Below, piece by piece: positions 39,100 to 51,904 of a stretch of 64,000 bases of DNA. The position numbers and the translations under genes were made by a program. Under the pieces are notes generated by a model. The model did not search any database, was not told where the DNA came from, and saw only the letters and a program-made list of their open reading frames with translations. Numbering within the stretch: the first letter of the stretch is position 1; every line of letters starts with the position of its first letter. The DNA comes from Macrostomum lignano (taxonomy: Eukaryota), in NCBI GenBank assembly GCA_002269645.1, contig NIVC01000890.1:186001-250000 (forward strand). Reading direction: 5' to 3'.

Positions 39100-39602
39100 A
39101 AAGACTGTGGCAGGTGGGGAATAAAGACTGCGGCAGGTGGGGAATGAAGACTGCGGCAGGTGGGGAATAAAGACTGCGGCAGGTGGGGAATGAAGACTGC
39201 GGCAGGTGGGGAATGAAGACTGCGGCAGGTGGGGAATGAAGACTGCGGCAGGTGGGGAATGAAGACTGTGGCAGGTGGGGAATGAAGACTGTGGCAGGTG
39301 GGGAATGAAGACTGTGGCAGGTGGGGTATGAAGACTGCGGCAGGGGGAATGAAGACTGTGGCAGGTGGGGAATGAAGACTGTGGCAGGTGGGGAATGAAG
39401 ACTGTGGCAGGTGGGGAATGAAGACTGTGGCAGGTGGGGAATGAAGACTGTGGCAGGTGGGGAATGAAGACTGTGGCAGGTGGGGAATGAAGACTGTGGC
39501 AGGTGGGGAATGAAGACTGTGGATGGTGGGGAATGAAGACTGTGGCAGGTGGGGAATGAAGACTGTGGCAGGTGGGGAATGAAGACTGTGGCAGGTGGGG
39601 AC
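39100..39602. repeat. 23-bp G-rich minisatellite GGCAGGTGGGGAATGAAGACTGT
   Basis: Period 23 (39361, 39384). Confidence 0.95.
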
Positions 39603-39621
39603 TGAAGATCAAACTTATTTA

Positions 39622-39760
39622 CCGCTAGGCATGTACACTTCACTGTGTTTTGGGGGTTGGCCCTCAAGGCCGTTAATTGCACGAGCAGAGCCAAGCCGAG
39701 ATTCCAATTTAGCCCCAAATTAATGTGACTGCACTTGGAATCGAGCCTGGGCCCTGGGCG
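39622..39760 (-). mobile_element. Partial SINE family 2 copy (5' portion)
   Basis: TAGGCATGTACACTTCACTG...CACTTGGAATCGAGCC shared with the two full copies. Confidence 0.75.
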
Positions 39761-40274
39761 CTAGACAGGTGTATTGGGCCTGCGTGGATTTTTGTGCTGA
39801 AAGGTCAAAAATATTTATGGGAATTCTCGACTGACTGCCGTTTGTCTGACGCCATTAGTCAAGTATTCTCTTTATGAATAGTTGAGTATCGAATAGCAAA
39901 AGAATAAGGCAACGATGCAGAAGATTAGCAAATAAACAAAACTGGCTTCAAGCAGTAATGTATTTAGGTAGCCTTTATTTTAAAACATGGGATTTTCAGA
40001 TAGTCAGAGAGATTGAGTGGCTGTGCTACAGCTTACACAGGTGTTGAGACTGTGGCGGCTTTGAAAGGCGCATATGTACTAACCGCGGCCGTCTCTGCTT
40101 AACTTGCACTAAATTTCTAGGGCTATAGAGGAGCTCAAGCGTTAATAATTATTGACAAGCTCTTAAAATGAGTTTAATTGATGCCTCTGAAGACACAAAC
40201 GGTAGCGAAAATATTTCTCGCAAACGTCCGTGACCTAATGCAAAGAAACTTATCTGCTCAATGCGACAGAGACT

Positions 40275-40636
40275 TTTTTTTTATTAGAGGCAGGGGGTTG
40301 TGTGCACCCTGGCGCACTTTAAGCGACATTGGCACACAACCGGCGAGAGGCATTAATGCCCATTCCGCCGACTCCCCTGAGCAGGCATACAAGCGCGCGG
40401 ATACGTACGCAGGCACACACTCACACAGGAGTGTACAGCGGCCCTAACTCTCTATTATCGTTAGGCATGTACACTTCACTGCGCCTTGGGGGGTTGGCTC
40501 TCAAGGCCGTTAATTGCACGAGCAGAGCCAAGCCGAGATTCCAATTCAGCCCCAAATTAATGTGACTGCACTTGGAATCGAGCCTGGGTCGCTGGCACAC
40601 CAGAGCAGCTGCGCTACCGCTGGGCTACGGCCCCCC
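40275..40636 (-). mobile_element. Full-length tRNA-derived SINE family 2 with 13-bp TSD
   Basis: A box TAGCCCAGCGG, B box GGCTCGATTCC, AATAAA-A tail, TSD TGCGACAGAGACT at 40262-40274 and 40637-40649. Confidence 0.9.
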
Positions 40637-40776
40637 TGCGACAGAGACTACTTTTAGTTTGTTTCATCAAGTAGTAACAATGCGTTCCATCTAAGAAGCT
40701 TAAAAACTTAAAATTAATTAAATTAGTCGTTCAAGAAGATGTCAAGAGCGAATTTCAGCAGTTGACCATCGTCTCG

Positions 40777-43700
40777 CTACCAGGGCCTGAGGTCGGGCAC
40801 GTTGCCGCAGTAGATCAGCCAATTCAGCGAACAGTTCAGATAGAACAGGTAGTCAAATAGGGCGCCAAGCTCGAAGACTAATCGCAGCTGAGCAGCCGTC
40901 AGCTCGGACTTGGACGCCAGGTTGCCGTAGTGAATGACGCCGGCAATCAGGTAGGTGATAGCGCGAGGTAATGAGCCGGCCAAGTGGGCTGCAGACGCGG
41001 CCATCAAGGTGATGCCGGTGCGTACGGCCGTCGTTGATTCTTTCTGACGCTTCTGACGAGGTTTCTGCTTCTGGTGCTGCTGTTGGCCACTATTTGGAGT
41101 TGGGGCACCCACTATTTCCGTTTTGGATGTCCCTTCGCGAGCAGCAGGTGCGTTGGACGGGTGGTCAAAGCTGCAGGGCGGAATGTGAAATGGGCTTTAT
41201 TCAAGTAACAGGGAATGGACCATTCTCCATCGCAGGTTCTTGTTTTTAATCAATTAATAATTGATCATATTGAAAGCAAATTTCTCCCCCAGATTTGCTG
41301 ATTTTGGCCATAGACAGAAGCTCGGAGCCAATGAAAAGCTAAGCAAAGAAGCGTCTTTGGTCGCTTATAGCTCACCGGGAAGTAACCTTTAAAGTTCACA
41401 TATACAAGTTTAGCGTCGAAATCGAATGCTACGAAGTCAATGTCATGGACAAGCCGACCGATGAAGCTAATGATGTAACCGCCCTTGTCGCCTGTCCGCT
41501 CCGTAGAGAGACGAACGCATGACTAGAGGGGGGGGGCAATGACCGTAGGCTGCCTATGACCGGGCAATGACCTGACGGACCTCCAGCACCAGACTGTCCC
41601 GCCCACATAATTGATAGCTTTGGTAGCGCTTTGTGACCAGAGGGCCAAGGACCCACATGGACCCCACCTGTAGCCAAGGTGCAATAGTTGGTCACTCGGT
41701 CATAGTATGACCGAGTGGCTGCCATCACTCTATGTGACCTGGCGCACCTGGATCTTTCTACCAGACCTCTCGAGGCTAGAGCCCCGCCTGGGATGGTTAC
41801 CAGGAGATTTAGGCTAACAGGGGAGACACATGCAGCCGAGTACAGGGACTCTGCTTGGGGCATGATCGGGAACTCTGGGCTCAATCTGGAGGATTTTCAG
41901 CAGGGGATCCTTTGTGGCTGTGAGCGAGGCTGACTTGCGACTTTTGTTACTAAGAGTAGTATGAGGCGAACATGTACTGTCTATAGTTTAGATTGCTCAG
42001 GGCGAAGGGACGCGTCAGCATGGGGTTGCAACCTTCCTACTGCCATTCTGTGCCAAGACTCGCTAATTCCCTCTACTGCACGCACGCGGCCCCGCAGCAC
42101 GCACTCACAGGCGGGCTTTGCACGGGGAGAGGCCATTAGCTTACCCAAACTTCCTTATGCTTTGCCACCCCGGGAGAAAGGCTTAGCAAGCCATGGGTGA
42201 AATGATGGTGAAAGAGTGAATAATGATGAGGTTAGTTAATAGTTAATAATTCGGCCCTTAGGCAAATAATCAGGCAATTAGGCGGCTTCACTATTAAGTA
42301 AAAATACAGCAAAAGGTACGGTATTACAACTGGCTCAGCTCTCTAATCAGACAATGGAAAAAATAGGCAAACTCCGGATAAGCAAAGGCGATTAGAGCAC
42401 AAATTAGTAACAGGAACTTACCGGCAGCTGCACAGAGAGAGAGAGAGGCGGAGTGACCGAGGGCGGCTGTAGGCTGCAGTCAGGCAGGCAGTGAAGCGGC
42501 GATGCGCTGAGGCGACGAGGCGCTGGTGTAGATCAGGCGAAGCTGATGATGCTGGGCGGTGTCAGACCGCAGGCCAATAGGCGAGCTCACTTGGGGAGCT
42601 GAAGATAACTTGGCGGTAACAGACCGCGGACCGGCAGGGGTTCGTCTTATAGACGAATGGGTCAGAACTCAGTCTGACGGCAAGCCCAAAGAGGCGAAAA
42701 GTCCCAAAGAGTTGAGGATTCTCATGCCGAAATCGCTTCCTTTTATAGCCTTCCCAGCCGCCGCTCCAAGGTCGTTTCCATGACTCCCTCTCTCTGATTG
42801 GCTGCCGGCAGAATGACGTCAGAATGAGTCATGATGAGAAGCATGAGACCGGCATAGCAACATGAGAAATAGGGAAATTGCGCAATCCGGAGGTGGGGTG
42901 GGGGGATAATTGGCGCAGCGGGAGGTCGCGAAAGTGTTGCGCAAGCAAACATTGAGAACAATAGGGCTGGGGTCGAGAACAAAGGAATTGGAAATCGGGG
43001 ATAATTGGGGAAAACTGAGAACAATGGAAAAGTAAACATTGGAGAAAAGGTGATAATTAGGTGCGAAAACGAGAACAAAAGAAAGAGAAAATCGGAGAAA
43101 ATGTGATAATTGGTGGGGGTCGAGAGAACAAAAGAAGCAAAAACGAGAACAATAGAAGCGGAGGTGGGGTGGGGGTCGCATGAGAAATTTGGGGAGGAGA
43201 ACAATGGCATGAGAAAAGGTTGCGCAAGAGAGGGGGATGAGTCATCGATGAGTCATCGAGGGGAAGAAGGGGTCACACGACTTGCGTCACCGTTTGGGAG
43301 TTTGGGAAAGGATGGGAGGTCGGTGAGCACACAACATACTGTAAGTAGACGTAGAGAAAGAGGGGACAGCGCAAGAAAAGAGTGCAGAGAGAGACAAAAA
43401 AAGAGGGGGGATAGGGAAAGTACAAGAAGAATAGGGTGGGGCGCAGGGGAGATAAGGTAGAAGGGAGGGTACAGAGAGGGACAGGGAGCTCCGGAAAGGC
43501 AGGTGTGGCGGCAGGGGAGACGGAACCAAGGCAGCAGGAGGGTGCAGCAGAGCGGGAGTCTCCAGGCCTGGTCGGAAACCTGGCCGAGTCTCGACAGCTC
43601 TGTGCAGGGGGGTACACGGGATAGGAGGCACTTACGAAAAAGTTCCCATGCCCTAATCCCGCAACCAGAGCGTGGTTACATCACTAACAGGAAATTAACT

Positions 43701-45954
43701 AAGAGACTAAACGTTGATGAAGAAGAATGCAAAGTGAGAAGTGAACCCAGCGTCTCAAAAACAAGATAAGCTTTTGTAGCCACCTGTGTAGGCTACAAAT
43801 TTGTTAAGAAAATACTAAACCGCAAAATCAGACGCACCTTTCCATCGGGTTTGAGCTGCTTGGAAACTCCCCTCGCCACTGCTGCAGCTGCCTGCCGGAC
43901 TCCTCGGGCAGTCGCCAGCGAGCTCGACGCGACCGCGCGATGGCGCAGAGCCGACCAGCCAGAACGGCGTTGGCGATCAGCAGGAAGCAGCTGCCCAGAG
44001 TGCCGTTGGCAATCAGAGTGGCGTAGGCCTGATAGGCGATGCCCACCCAATTCGGGAGGCTCTCATCAATGTAGCAGTGCCGCTGGCCGAGATATTCATA
44101 GATTCGAAAGGTGGCGGCTCCGAAGGCGCCCACAGCCAGGAAGGGGACGCAGAAGGCGGCCAGCAGCAGGCAGTAGCGACCGCGGCTGGCGCTCGCCCGG
44201 TGCTGCAGCGGCCGGCTCACCGCATACAGCCTGTCTATGGCCAGGAAGCAGAGCAGGTTGGTGGACAGGCCGTTGCCAACAATCCACAGCAGCGACCACA
44301 GCTGGCAGGCATTGTTGTTGACTACGTGCGGCATTGGCAAGTCGAGACCGTAGTAGAAAAATTGATTGAAAAATACGCTGCAATATGTTAGGGGGACGAA
44401 TAGTGAAACATTGATGTACTCGTATTTTTGGCAGAGAGGAAGGGTTGGGAAAACAAATGTACACACGCGATGGAACCAGCGGCAGGCAGAGAGGAGGCAA
44501 TGTACGCACGGGTAAGGAAAACAAATGTACACACGCGATGGAACCAGCGGCAGGCAGGCAGAGAGGAGGCAATGTACGCACGGGTAAGGAAAACAATTGT
44601 ACACACGCGATGAAACCAGCGGCAGGCAGGCAGAGAGGAGGCAATGTACGCACGGGTAAGGAAAACAATTGTACACACGCGATGGAACCAGCGGCAGGCA
44701 GGCAGAGAGGAGGCAATGTACGCACGGGTAAGGAAAACAATTGTACACACGCGATGAAACCAGCGGCAGGCAGGCAGAGAGGAGGCAATGTACGCAGGGG
44801 TAAGGAAAACAATTGTACACACGCGATGGAACCAGCGGCAGGCAGGCAGAGAGGAGGCAATGTACGCACGGGTAAGGAAAACAAATGTACACACGCGATG
44901 GAACCAGCGGCAGGCAGGCAGAGAGGAGGCAATGTACGCACGGGTAAGGAAAACAAATGTACACACGCGATGGAACCAGCGGCAGGCAGGCAGAGAGGAG
45001 GCAATGTACGCACGGGTAAGGAAAACAAATGTACACACGCGATGGAACCAGCGGCAGGCAGAGAGGAGGCAATGTACGCAGGGGTAAGGAAAACAAATGT
45101 ACACACGCGATGGAACCAGCGGCAGGCAGGCAGAGAGGAGGCAATGTACGCACGGGTAGGGAAAGCAATTGTACACACGCGATGGAACGCGACGATTCGC
45201 ATTTAATATGGATCGCACCTTCACACGCGAAAAATTTTTACCTGGAAAGGATGGTGACCAAGTCAGCAACTGTCAGCGCCACCAGTACATAGTGCTTTGG
45301 CTGCAGGGTGGAACATCGCTTGAAAGCGGAGAACAAGATCAAGCTCGAACCCACAACGCAAGCAACAGTGAGCACCGGGGCTGCGTAGAGTCTCAGAGCT
45401 TCCACTAATTTGGTCACATTTGCAGCTGCCTTGTAATAGTCTGCAATGGGTGCAATAAGTTGGGCACCTGCATACCAGCGCATCTGCTTGTTTCGGCAGA
45501 GTAATCTTTTAAAAGAAGCAAATAAATCAATCAATCAATCAATCAATCAAGCAAGCAAGCAAAAGAAGCATTTGAGAATACTGATGAGAGTCCACTGAGA
45601 ATCCCTATTAGAGTTCACTAAGAATCACCATGATTCTCCACTGAGAATCGCCATGAGAGTCCACTGAGAATCACCATGAGAGTCCACTGATAATCACCAT
45701 GAGAGTCCACTGAGAATCCATACGAGAGTCCACTGAGAATCCATATGAGAGTCCACTGAGAATCCATACGAGAGTCCACGGAGAATCCATACGAGAGTCC
45801 ACTGAGAATCCATATGAGAGTCCACTGAGAATCCATATGAGAGTCCACTGAGAATTCTCACGCTAACACGATGCAGCTTTAACTCACCCTCAACCTCAGC
45901 AGAAAATGCGGTCGAATTTTCCAAATCTGTTTGATTGGCAGCTCTGTCAGCCAT
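40777..45954 (-). CDS. Class A orphan GPCR paralog B, 4 exons: 45954-45888, 45467-45242, 44377-43838, 41170-40777 (408 aa)
   Basis: NQT/NST sequons, LAIDRLY, NWLIY; all GT-AG junctions are phase-consistent (1,2,2), total 1227 nt; same intron phases as paralog A. Confidence 0.9.
41471..43683 (-). mobile_element. Solo LTR (2213 bp), same family as 34669-36896, in intron 3 of GPCR B
   Basis: Perfect 10-bp terminal inverted repeat TGATGTAACC/GGTTACATCA, 4-bp TSD CTAA, TATAAAA on the minus strand near 42745. Confidence 0.85.
44445..45190. repeat. 72/68-bp minisatellite in GPCR B intron 2
   Basis: About 10 units; 24-aa periodic ORFs. Confidence 0.94.
45585..45856. repeat. About 23-bp minisatellite GAGAGTCCACTGAGAATCCATAT in GPCR B intron 1
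   Basis: Direct tandem repetition. Confidence 0.9.
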
Positions 45955-46459
45955 TTAAAAAAGCCAGTTATTAGACTTTGGTAGATTAAAGGCAGAGGCG
46001 AGCAAAAATGATAATTCAACGCTGAATTCTGCTGTTGCACACTTTATAAAGCGCTAAATGTGTGTACATGAGGCGTGTGTTTTCACAGGTCGCTATTGAT
46101 GAAGATTTGCGCACAAATGGAGCCAGCTTCACCAATCATTGGATGGAGATAAGCGCTTTATTTACACGAGTTTAGAACGAATAAGTTTTGTAGCTTGTGC
46201 ATTTTTTAGAGAGATTGGCTACATTTCGTATTGCGCATAGAATTTTGCCTCTCTGAACCTCCGATACATGTTAAATCGTTGACATGCGTTCATCGGAGCT
46301 AATGGTTAAATAAGGGTCGGATTTATTGCTGATGGTGTGCATTGATTCAATGCGGATATAAGACTTTACTGGTATTAAAGTTTCAATTTTTGTAAATAAT
46401 ACTTAATTACAATTTACTACTAAAGATGCCGAACAAGTTTCAGGCATGCTAAATTGGTG

Positions 46460-49400
46460 TCAAAAATTTTAAATAGGTGTCAGAGATGCTAAATAGGTGT
46501 CAGGGATGCTAAATAGGTGTCAGGGATGCTAAATAGGTGTCAGGGATGCTAAATGGGTGTCAGGGATGCTAAATAGGTGTCAGGGATGCTAAATAGGTGT
46601 CAGAGATGCTAAATAGGTGTCAGGGATGCTAAATAGGTGTCAGAGATGCTAAATAGGTGTCAGGGATGCTAAATAGGTGTCAGGGATGCTAAATAGTTGT
46701 CAAAGATGCTAAATAGGTGTCAGGGATGCTAAATAGGTGTCAGGAATGCTAAATAGGTGTCAGGGATGCTAAATAGGTGTCAGGGATGCTAAATAGGTGT
46801 CAGGGATGCTAAATAGGTGTCAGGGATGCTAAATAGGTGTCAGGGATGCTAAATAGGGGTCAGGGATGCTAAATAGGTGTCAGGGATGCTAAATAGGTGT
46901 CAGAGATGCTAAATAGGTGTCAGGGATGCTAAATAGGTGTCAGGGATGCTAAATTTGTGTCAGATATGCTAAATTTGTGTCAGGGATCCTAAATTTGTGT
47001 CAGATATGCTAAATTTGTGTCAGGGATGCTAAATAGGTGTCAGGGATGCTAAATAGGTGTCAGAGATGCTAAATAGGTGTCAGGGATGCTAAATGGGTGT
47101 CAGGGATGCTAAATAGGTGTCAGGGATGCTAAATAGGTGTCAGGGATGCTAAATAGGGGTCAGGGATGCTAAATAGGTGTCAGAGATGCTAAATAGGTGT
47201 CAGGAATGCTAAATAGGTGTCAGGGATGCTAAATAGGTGTCAGGGATGCTAAATGGGTGTCAGGGATGCTTAAATAGGTGTCAGGGATGCTAAATAGGTG
47301 TCAGGGATGCTAAATAGGTGTCAGGGATGCTAAATAGGTGTCAGGGATGCTAAATAGGTGTCAGGGATGCTAAATAGGTGTCAGGGATGCTAAATAGGTG
47401 TCAGGGATGCTAAATAGGTGTCAGGAATGCTAAATAGGTGTCAGGGATGCTAAATTGGTGTCAGGAATGCTAAATAGGTGTCAGGGATGCTAAATAGGTG
47501 TCAGATTATGCTAAATTTGTGTCAGGGATGCTAAATAGGTGTCAAGGATGCTAAATTGGTGTCAGGGATGCTAAATAGGTGTCAAGGATGCTAAATTGGT
47601 GTCAGATATGCTAAATTTGTGTCAGGGATGCTAAATTTGTGTCGGATATGCTAAATTTGTGTCAGGGATGCTAAATTTGTGTGAGATATGCTAAATTTGT
47701 GTCAGGGATGCTAAATTTGTGTCAGATATGCTAAATTTGTGTCAGGGATGCTAAATAGGTGTCAGGGATGCTAAATAGGTGTCAGAGATGCTAAATAGGT
47801 GTCAGGGATGCTAAATAGGTGTCAAAAATGCTAAATAGGTGTCAGAGATGCTAAATTTGTGTCAGGGATGCTAAATAGGTGTCAGGGATGCTAAATAGGT
47901 GTCAGAGATGCTAAATAGGTGTCAGGGATGCTAAATAGGTGTCAGGGATGCTAAATAGGTGTCAGAGATGCTAAATAGGTGTCAGGGATGCTAAATAGGT
48001 GTCAGGGATGCTAAATAGGTGTCAGGGATGCTAAATGGGTGTCAGGGATGCTAAATGGGTGTCAGGGATGCTAAATTTGTGTCAGATATGCTAAATAGGT
48101 GTCAGGGATGCTAAATTTGTGTCAGATATGCTAAATAGGTGTCAGGGATGCTAAATAGGTGTCAGAGATGCTAAATAGGTGTCAGGGATGCTAAATAGGG
48201 GTCAGGGATGCTAAATAGGTGTCAGGAATGCTAAATAGGTGTCAGGGATGCTAAATAGGTGTCAGGGATGCTAAATTTGTGTCAGATATGCTAAATTTGT
48301 GTCAGGGATCCTAAATTTGTGTCAGATATGCTAAATTTGTGTCAGGGATGCTAAATAGGTGTCAGGGATGCTAAATAGGTGTCAGAGATGCTAAATAGGT
48401 GTCAGGGATGCTAAATGGGTGTCAGGGATGCTAAATAGGTGTCAGGAATGCTAAATGGGTGTCAGGGATGCTAAATTGGTGTCAGGAATGCTAAATTGGT
48501 GTTAGAAATGCTAAATAGGTGTCAGGAATGCTAAATAGGGGTCAGGGATGCTAAATAGGTGTCAGGAATGCTAAATAGGTGTCAGGGATGCTAAATTGGT
48601 GTTAGAAATGCTAAATAGGTGTCAGGAATGCTAAATAGGGGTCAGGGATGCTAAATAGGTGTCAGGAATGCTAAATAGGTGTCAGGGATGCTAAATTGGT
48701 GTCAGAAATGCTAAATAGGTGTCAGGGATGCTAAATTGGTGTCAGAAATGCTAAATAGGTGTCAGGAATGCTAAATAGGGGTCAGGGATGCTAAATAGGT
48801 GTCAGGAATGCTAAATAGGTGTCAGGGATGCTAAATAGGTGTCAGGGATGCTAAATAGGTGTCAGGGATGCTAAATTGGTGTCAGAAATGCTAAATAGGT
48901 GTCAGGAATGCTAAATAGGGGTCAGGGATGCTAAATAGGTGTCAGGAATGCTAAATAGGTGTCAGGGATGCTAAATTGGTGTCAGAAATGCTAAATAGGT
49001 GTCAGGGATGCTAAATTGGTGTCAGAAATGCTAAATAGGTGTCAGGAATGCTAAATAGGGGTCAGGGATGCTAAATAGGTGTCAGGAATGCTAAATAGGT
49101 GTCAGGGATGCTAAATTGGTGTCAGAAATGCTAAATAGGTGTCAGGGATGCTAAATTGGTGTCAGAAATGCTAAATAGGTGTCAGGGATGCTAAATAGGT
49201 GTCAGAAATGCTAAATAGGTGTCAGGGATGCTAAATAGGTGTTAGGGATGCTAAATAGGTGTCAGGGATGCTAAATTGGTGTCAGAAATGCTAAATAGGT
49301 GTCAGGAATGCTAAATAGGGGTCAGGGATGCTAAATTGGTGTCAGAAATGCTAAATAGGTGTCAGGGATGCTAAATTGGTGTCAGAAATGCTAAATAGGT

Positions 49401-49669
49401 GTCAGGAATGCTAAATAGGTGTCAGGGATGCTAAATGGGTGTCAGGAATGCTAAATAGGTGTCAGGGATGCTAAATAGGTGTCAGGGATGCTAAATTGGT
49501 GTCAGAAATGCTAAATAGGTGTCAGGAATGCTAAATAGGGGTCAGGGATGCTAAATAGGTGTCAGGAATGCTAAATAGGTGTCAGGGATGCTAAATAGGT
49601 GTCAGGGATGCTAAATTGGTGTCAGAAATGCTAAATAGGTGTCAGGGATGCTAAATAGGTGTCAGGGAT
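46460..49669. repeat. 3.2-kb 20-bp minisatellite GCTAAATAGGTGTCAGGGAT
   Basis: About 160 units, with two single-base phase shifts near 47270 and 47505. Confidence 0.98.
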
Positions 49670-50261
49670 TCTGCTAGAAGTGTTACAAACTTGACCAAAC
49701 TGTTATCTAAGGTCACGCGGATATCTGAGAAAAAACACATTCACGTGATGAAATCAACCGCTCCTTTCTGTAAGATACATCGCAGTTGTTTTTAGTTTTT
49801 ATCAGTTATTAGCGCGCACTCGTACAAGGAGTACGTAGGATGTAAAAATACTGATAACGTGGACATTGCTCACGCAGCTTTGCTCTCGCCCCCGAGACGG
49901 AATATGTAATAAAGTTGCTATCTAGAACAAATAAACATCATCAATCTGAATGTGATCCATCTGTTTATTCGCACCTGAAAGACGGTCGCTTTTCTTCTTT
50001 AATTGTCATCAACACAACACACCGGCCCATTCTGTTTTTTGAACTTGGACAAGCAAAACTACTTTGAAGGAAAAAAGGCAATTCCAAAAATCATGCTAAA
50101 TGTGCAAATTTTGAGAAAGTAGGTACATGCACGAGCGTAGTATTGAATAACAGAAAAACCAACTTACCTAATCTAATTAGCCAGTACCGGTATACGACCT
50201 ATGTGCAATATAGCAGTGAAGAACGCTTCAATCATTACAGGCAGTTAGTTGAGCTGGTGCC

Positions 50262-50816
50262 CCCTGGTGCTGGCGCCCCTGGTGCTAAAGCCCCTGGTGC
50301 TAAAGCCCCTGGTGCTAAAGCCCCTGGTGCTAAAGCCCCTGGTGCTAAAGCCCCTGGTGCTAAAGCCCCTGGTGCTGGTGCCCCTGGTGCTAAAGCCCCT
50401 GGTGCTGGTGCCCCTGGTGCTAAAGCCCCTGGTGCTGGTGCCCCTGGTGCTAAAGCCCCTGGTGCTAAAGCCCCTGGTGCTAAAGCCCCTGGTGCTAAAG
50501 CCCCTGGTGCTAAAGCCCCTGGTGCTGGTGCCCCTGGTGCTAAAGCCCCTGGTGCTAAAGCCCCTGGTGCTAAAGCCCCTGGTGCTAAAGCCCCTAATGC
50601 TAAAGCCCCTGGTGCTAAAGCCCCTAATGCTAAAGCCCCTGGTGCTAAAGCCCCTGGTGCTAAAGCCCCTGGTGCTAAAGCCCCTGGTGCTAAAGCCCCT
50701 GGTGCTAAAGCCCCTGGTGCTAAAGCCCCTGGTGCTAAAGCCCCTGGTGCTAAAGCCCCTGGTGCTAAAGCCCCTGGTGCTAAAGCCCCTGGTGCTAAAG
50801 CCCCTGGTGCTAAAGC
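50262..50816. repeat. 15-bp minisatellite GGTGCTAAAGCCCCT
   Basis: About 37 units; GAKAP / LVLKP ORFs are its translation. Confidence 0.96.
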
Positions 50817-51239
50817 CGCTATAAGCCGCTAAATATAGGAAATCATCCTATGGTACTCTTGGAGCACCTGTTGCACCAAAATGAATGCCTGTGGCGCCAA
50901 AATGAGTGGTTGCGTTGCCAAAAATCAGTAAGAACAAACGCGATTCCCAAAAATAATATCAAGATTTTTCGTATGGAAGCTAGTTTAGAATTATTGGTTT
51001 CGTATGTCTCCCCCAATATAATCCAACTTTGCAACTTTACCACAGCAAAATGGTAACTTTCCAGACATAAAGCACACACACGAGCGGTTTAGACACACAC
51101 GTGACTATAAAACGCAGATAAGAGAACAATTAAATTATTTTTGTGACAACAATTTCGCAGTCATAATCTCTCAATAAGTCTGTTTACGCAGACTGAAATG
51201 GTCGTTGACGAACCGAAGTAGGCTGATGCGAATATTGCT

Positions 51240-51400
51240 AGCGGAATTTGTATTTCCTGTTTCTTTTTTTTCCAAATACTAAAAATGAAAATCTTGCTTG
51301 CTTGCTTGTACGAAATCGATTTTCTCCTGAATGGCTGGACCGATTTTCTTCGAACTTGCACTGTTCGATCAGAAATTTTTCCGTGACGGTACATGCATCT
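51240..51400. mobile_element. Possible DINE-1/Helentron-like non-autonomous element fragment
   Basis: (CTTG)n microsatellite followed by GGCTGGACCGATTTT, reminiscent of invertebrate non-autonomous Helitrons; ends not defined. Confidence 0.3.
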
Positions 51401-51904
51401 TGGCTAAGAAATTGCTCAATGTTAAAGGGATTAAATATTCGAAAAACATGCTTTTTGCAAAGCTCAAGCATTGAAATGCATTGTAAGAATGCTAGCAGAA
51501 AAACTGACTGGTTGAATTCTGATTCTAAAATAGATTGCATCACAATACACAAGACACTCAATTGAATTGCGTCACAGCGTTGAGTGTGAAAGCATAGCAC
51601 AGTACTCAATTTATATTGCGTAACCATATTGTTAACTTTTATAGAGACTGGTACTGACTTGCCTAAGAAATTGATTATGTCATAACTCATAACTGCTTCG
51701 TGACTTTTTACTCTACCTGACTTTGTGTGAGTGTTGAACTATTTAAGTGGTACAAATTCACTGATAACTTCGATGAGAGCTAGCCTAGAGATTAGACTGC
51801 TAATGCAGCAACCTGGGTTCGAATCTAAGTGTATGATTAGTAGATTAGTGTCTGAAAAGTAGTAGTGTAAAATTTTTTATTAAAAGCTAAATAAAAACAC
51901 TTAG

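Noticed and set aside
43828-45269. 446-aa ORF with Cys-rich repeats fused to a GPCR
   Set aside because: The 72-bp intronic array reads through into exon 3; a proper acceptor (TTGCAG at 44378) matches the paralog's exon boundary
50143-50832. GAKAP collagen- or elastin-like protein
   Set aside because: No ATG start or signal peptide, and the same motif occurs as a non-coding 16-mer at 7.3 kb
51775-51830. Possible tRNA gene (also 55851-55910 and 10390-10460)
   Set aside because: A/B boxes are present but no complete cloverleaf or acceptor stem; treated as SINE-type heads
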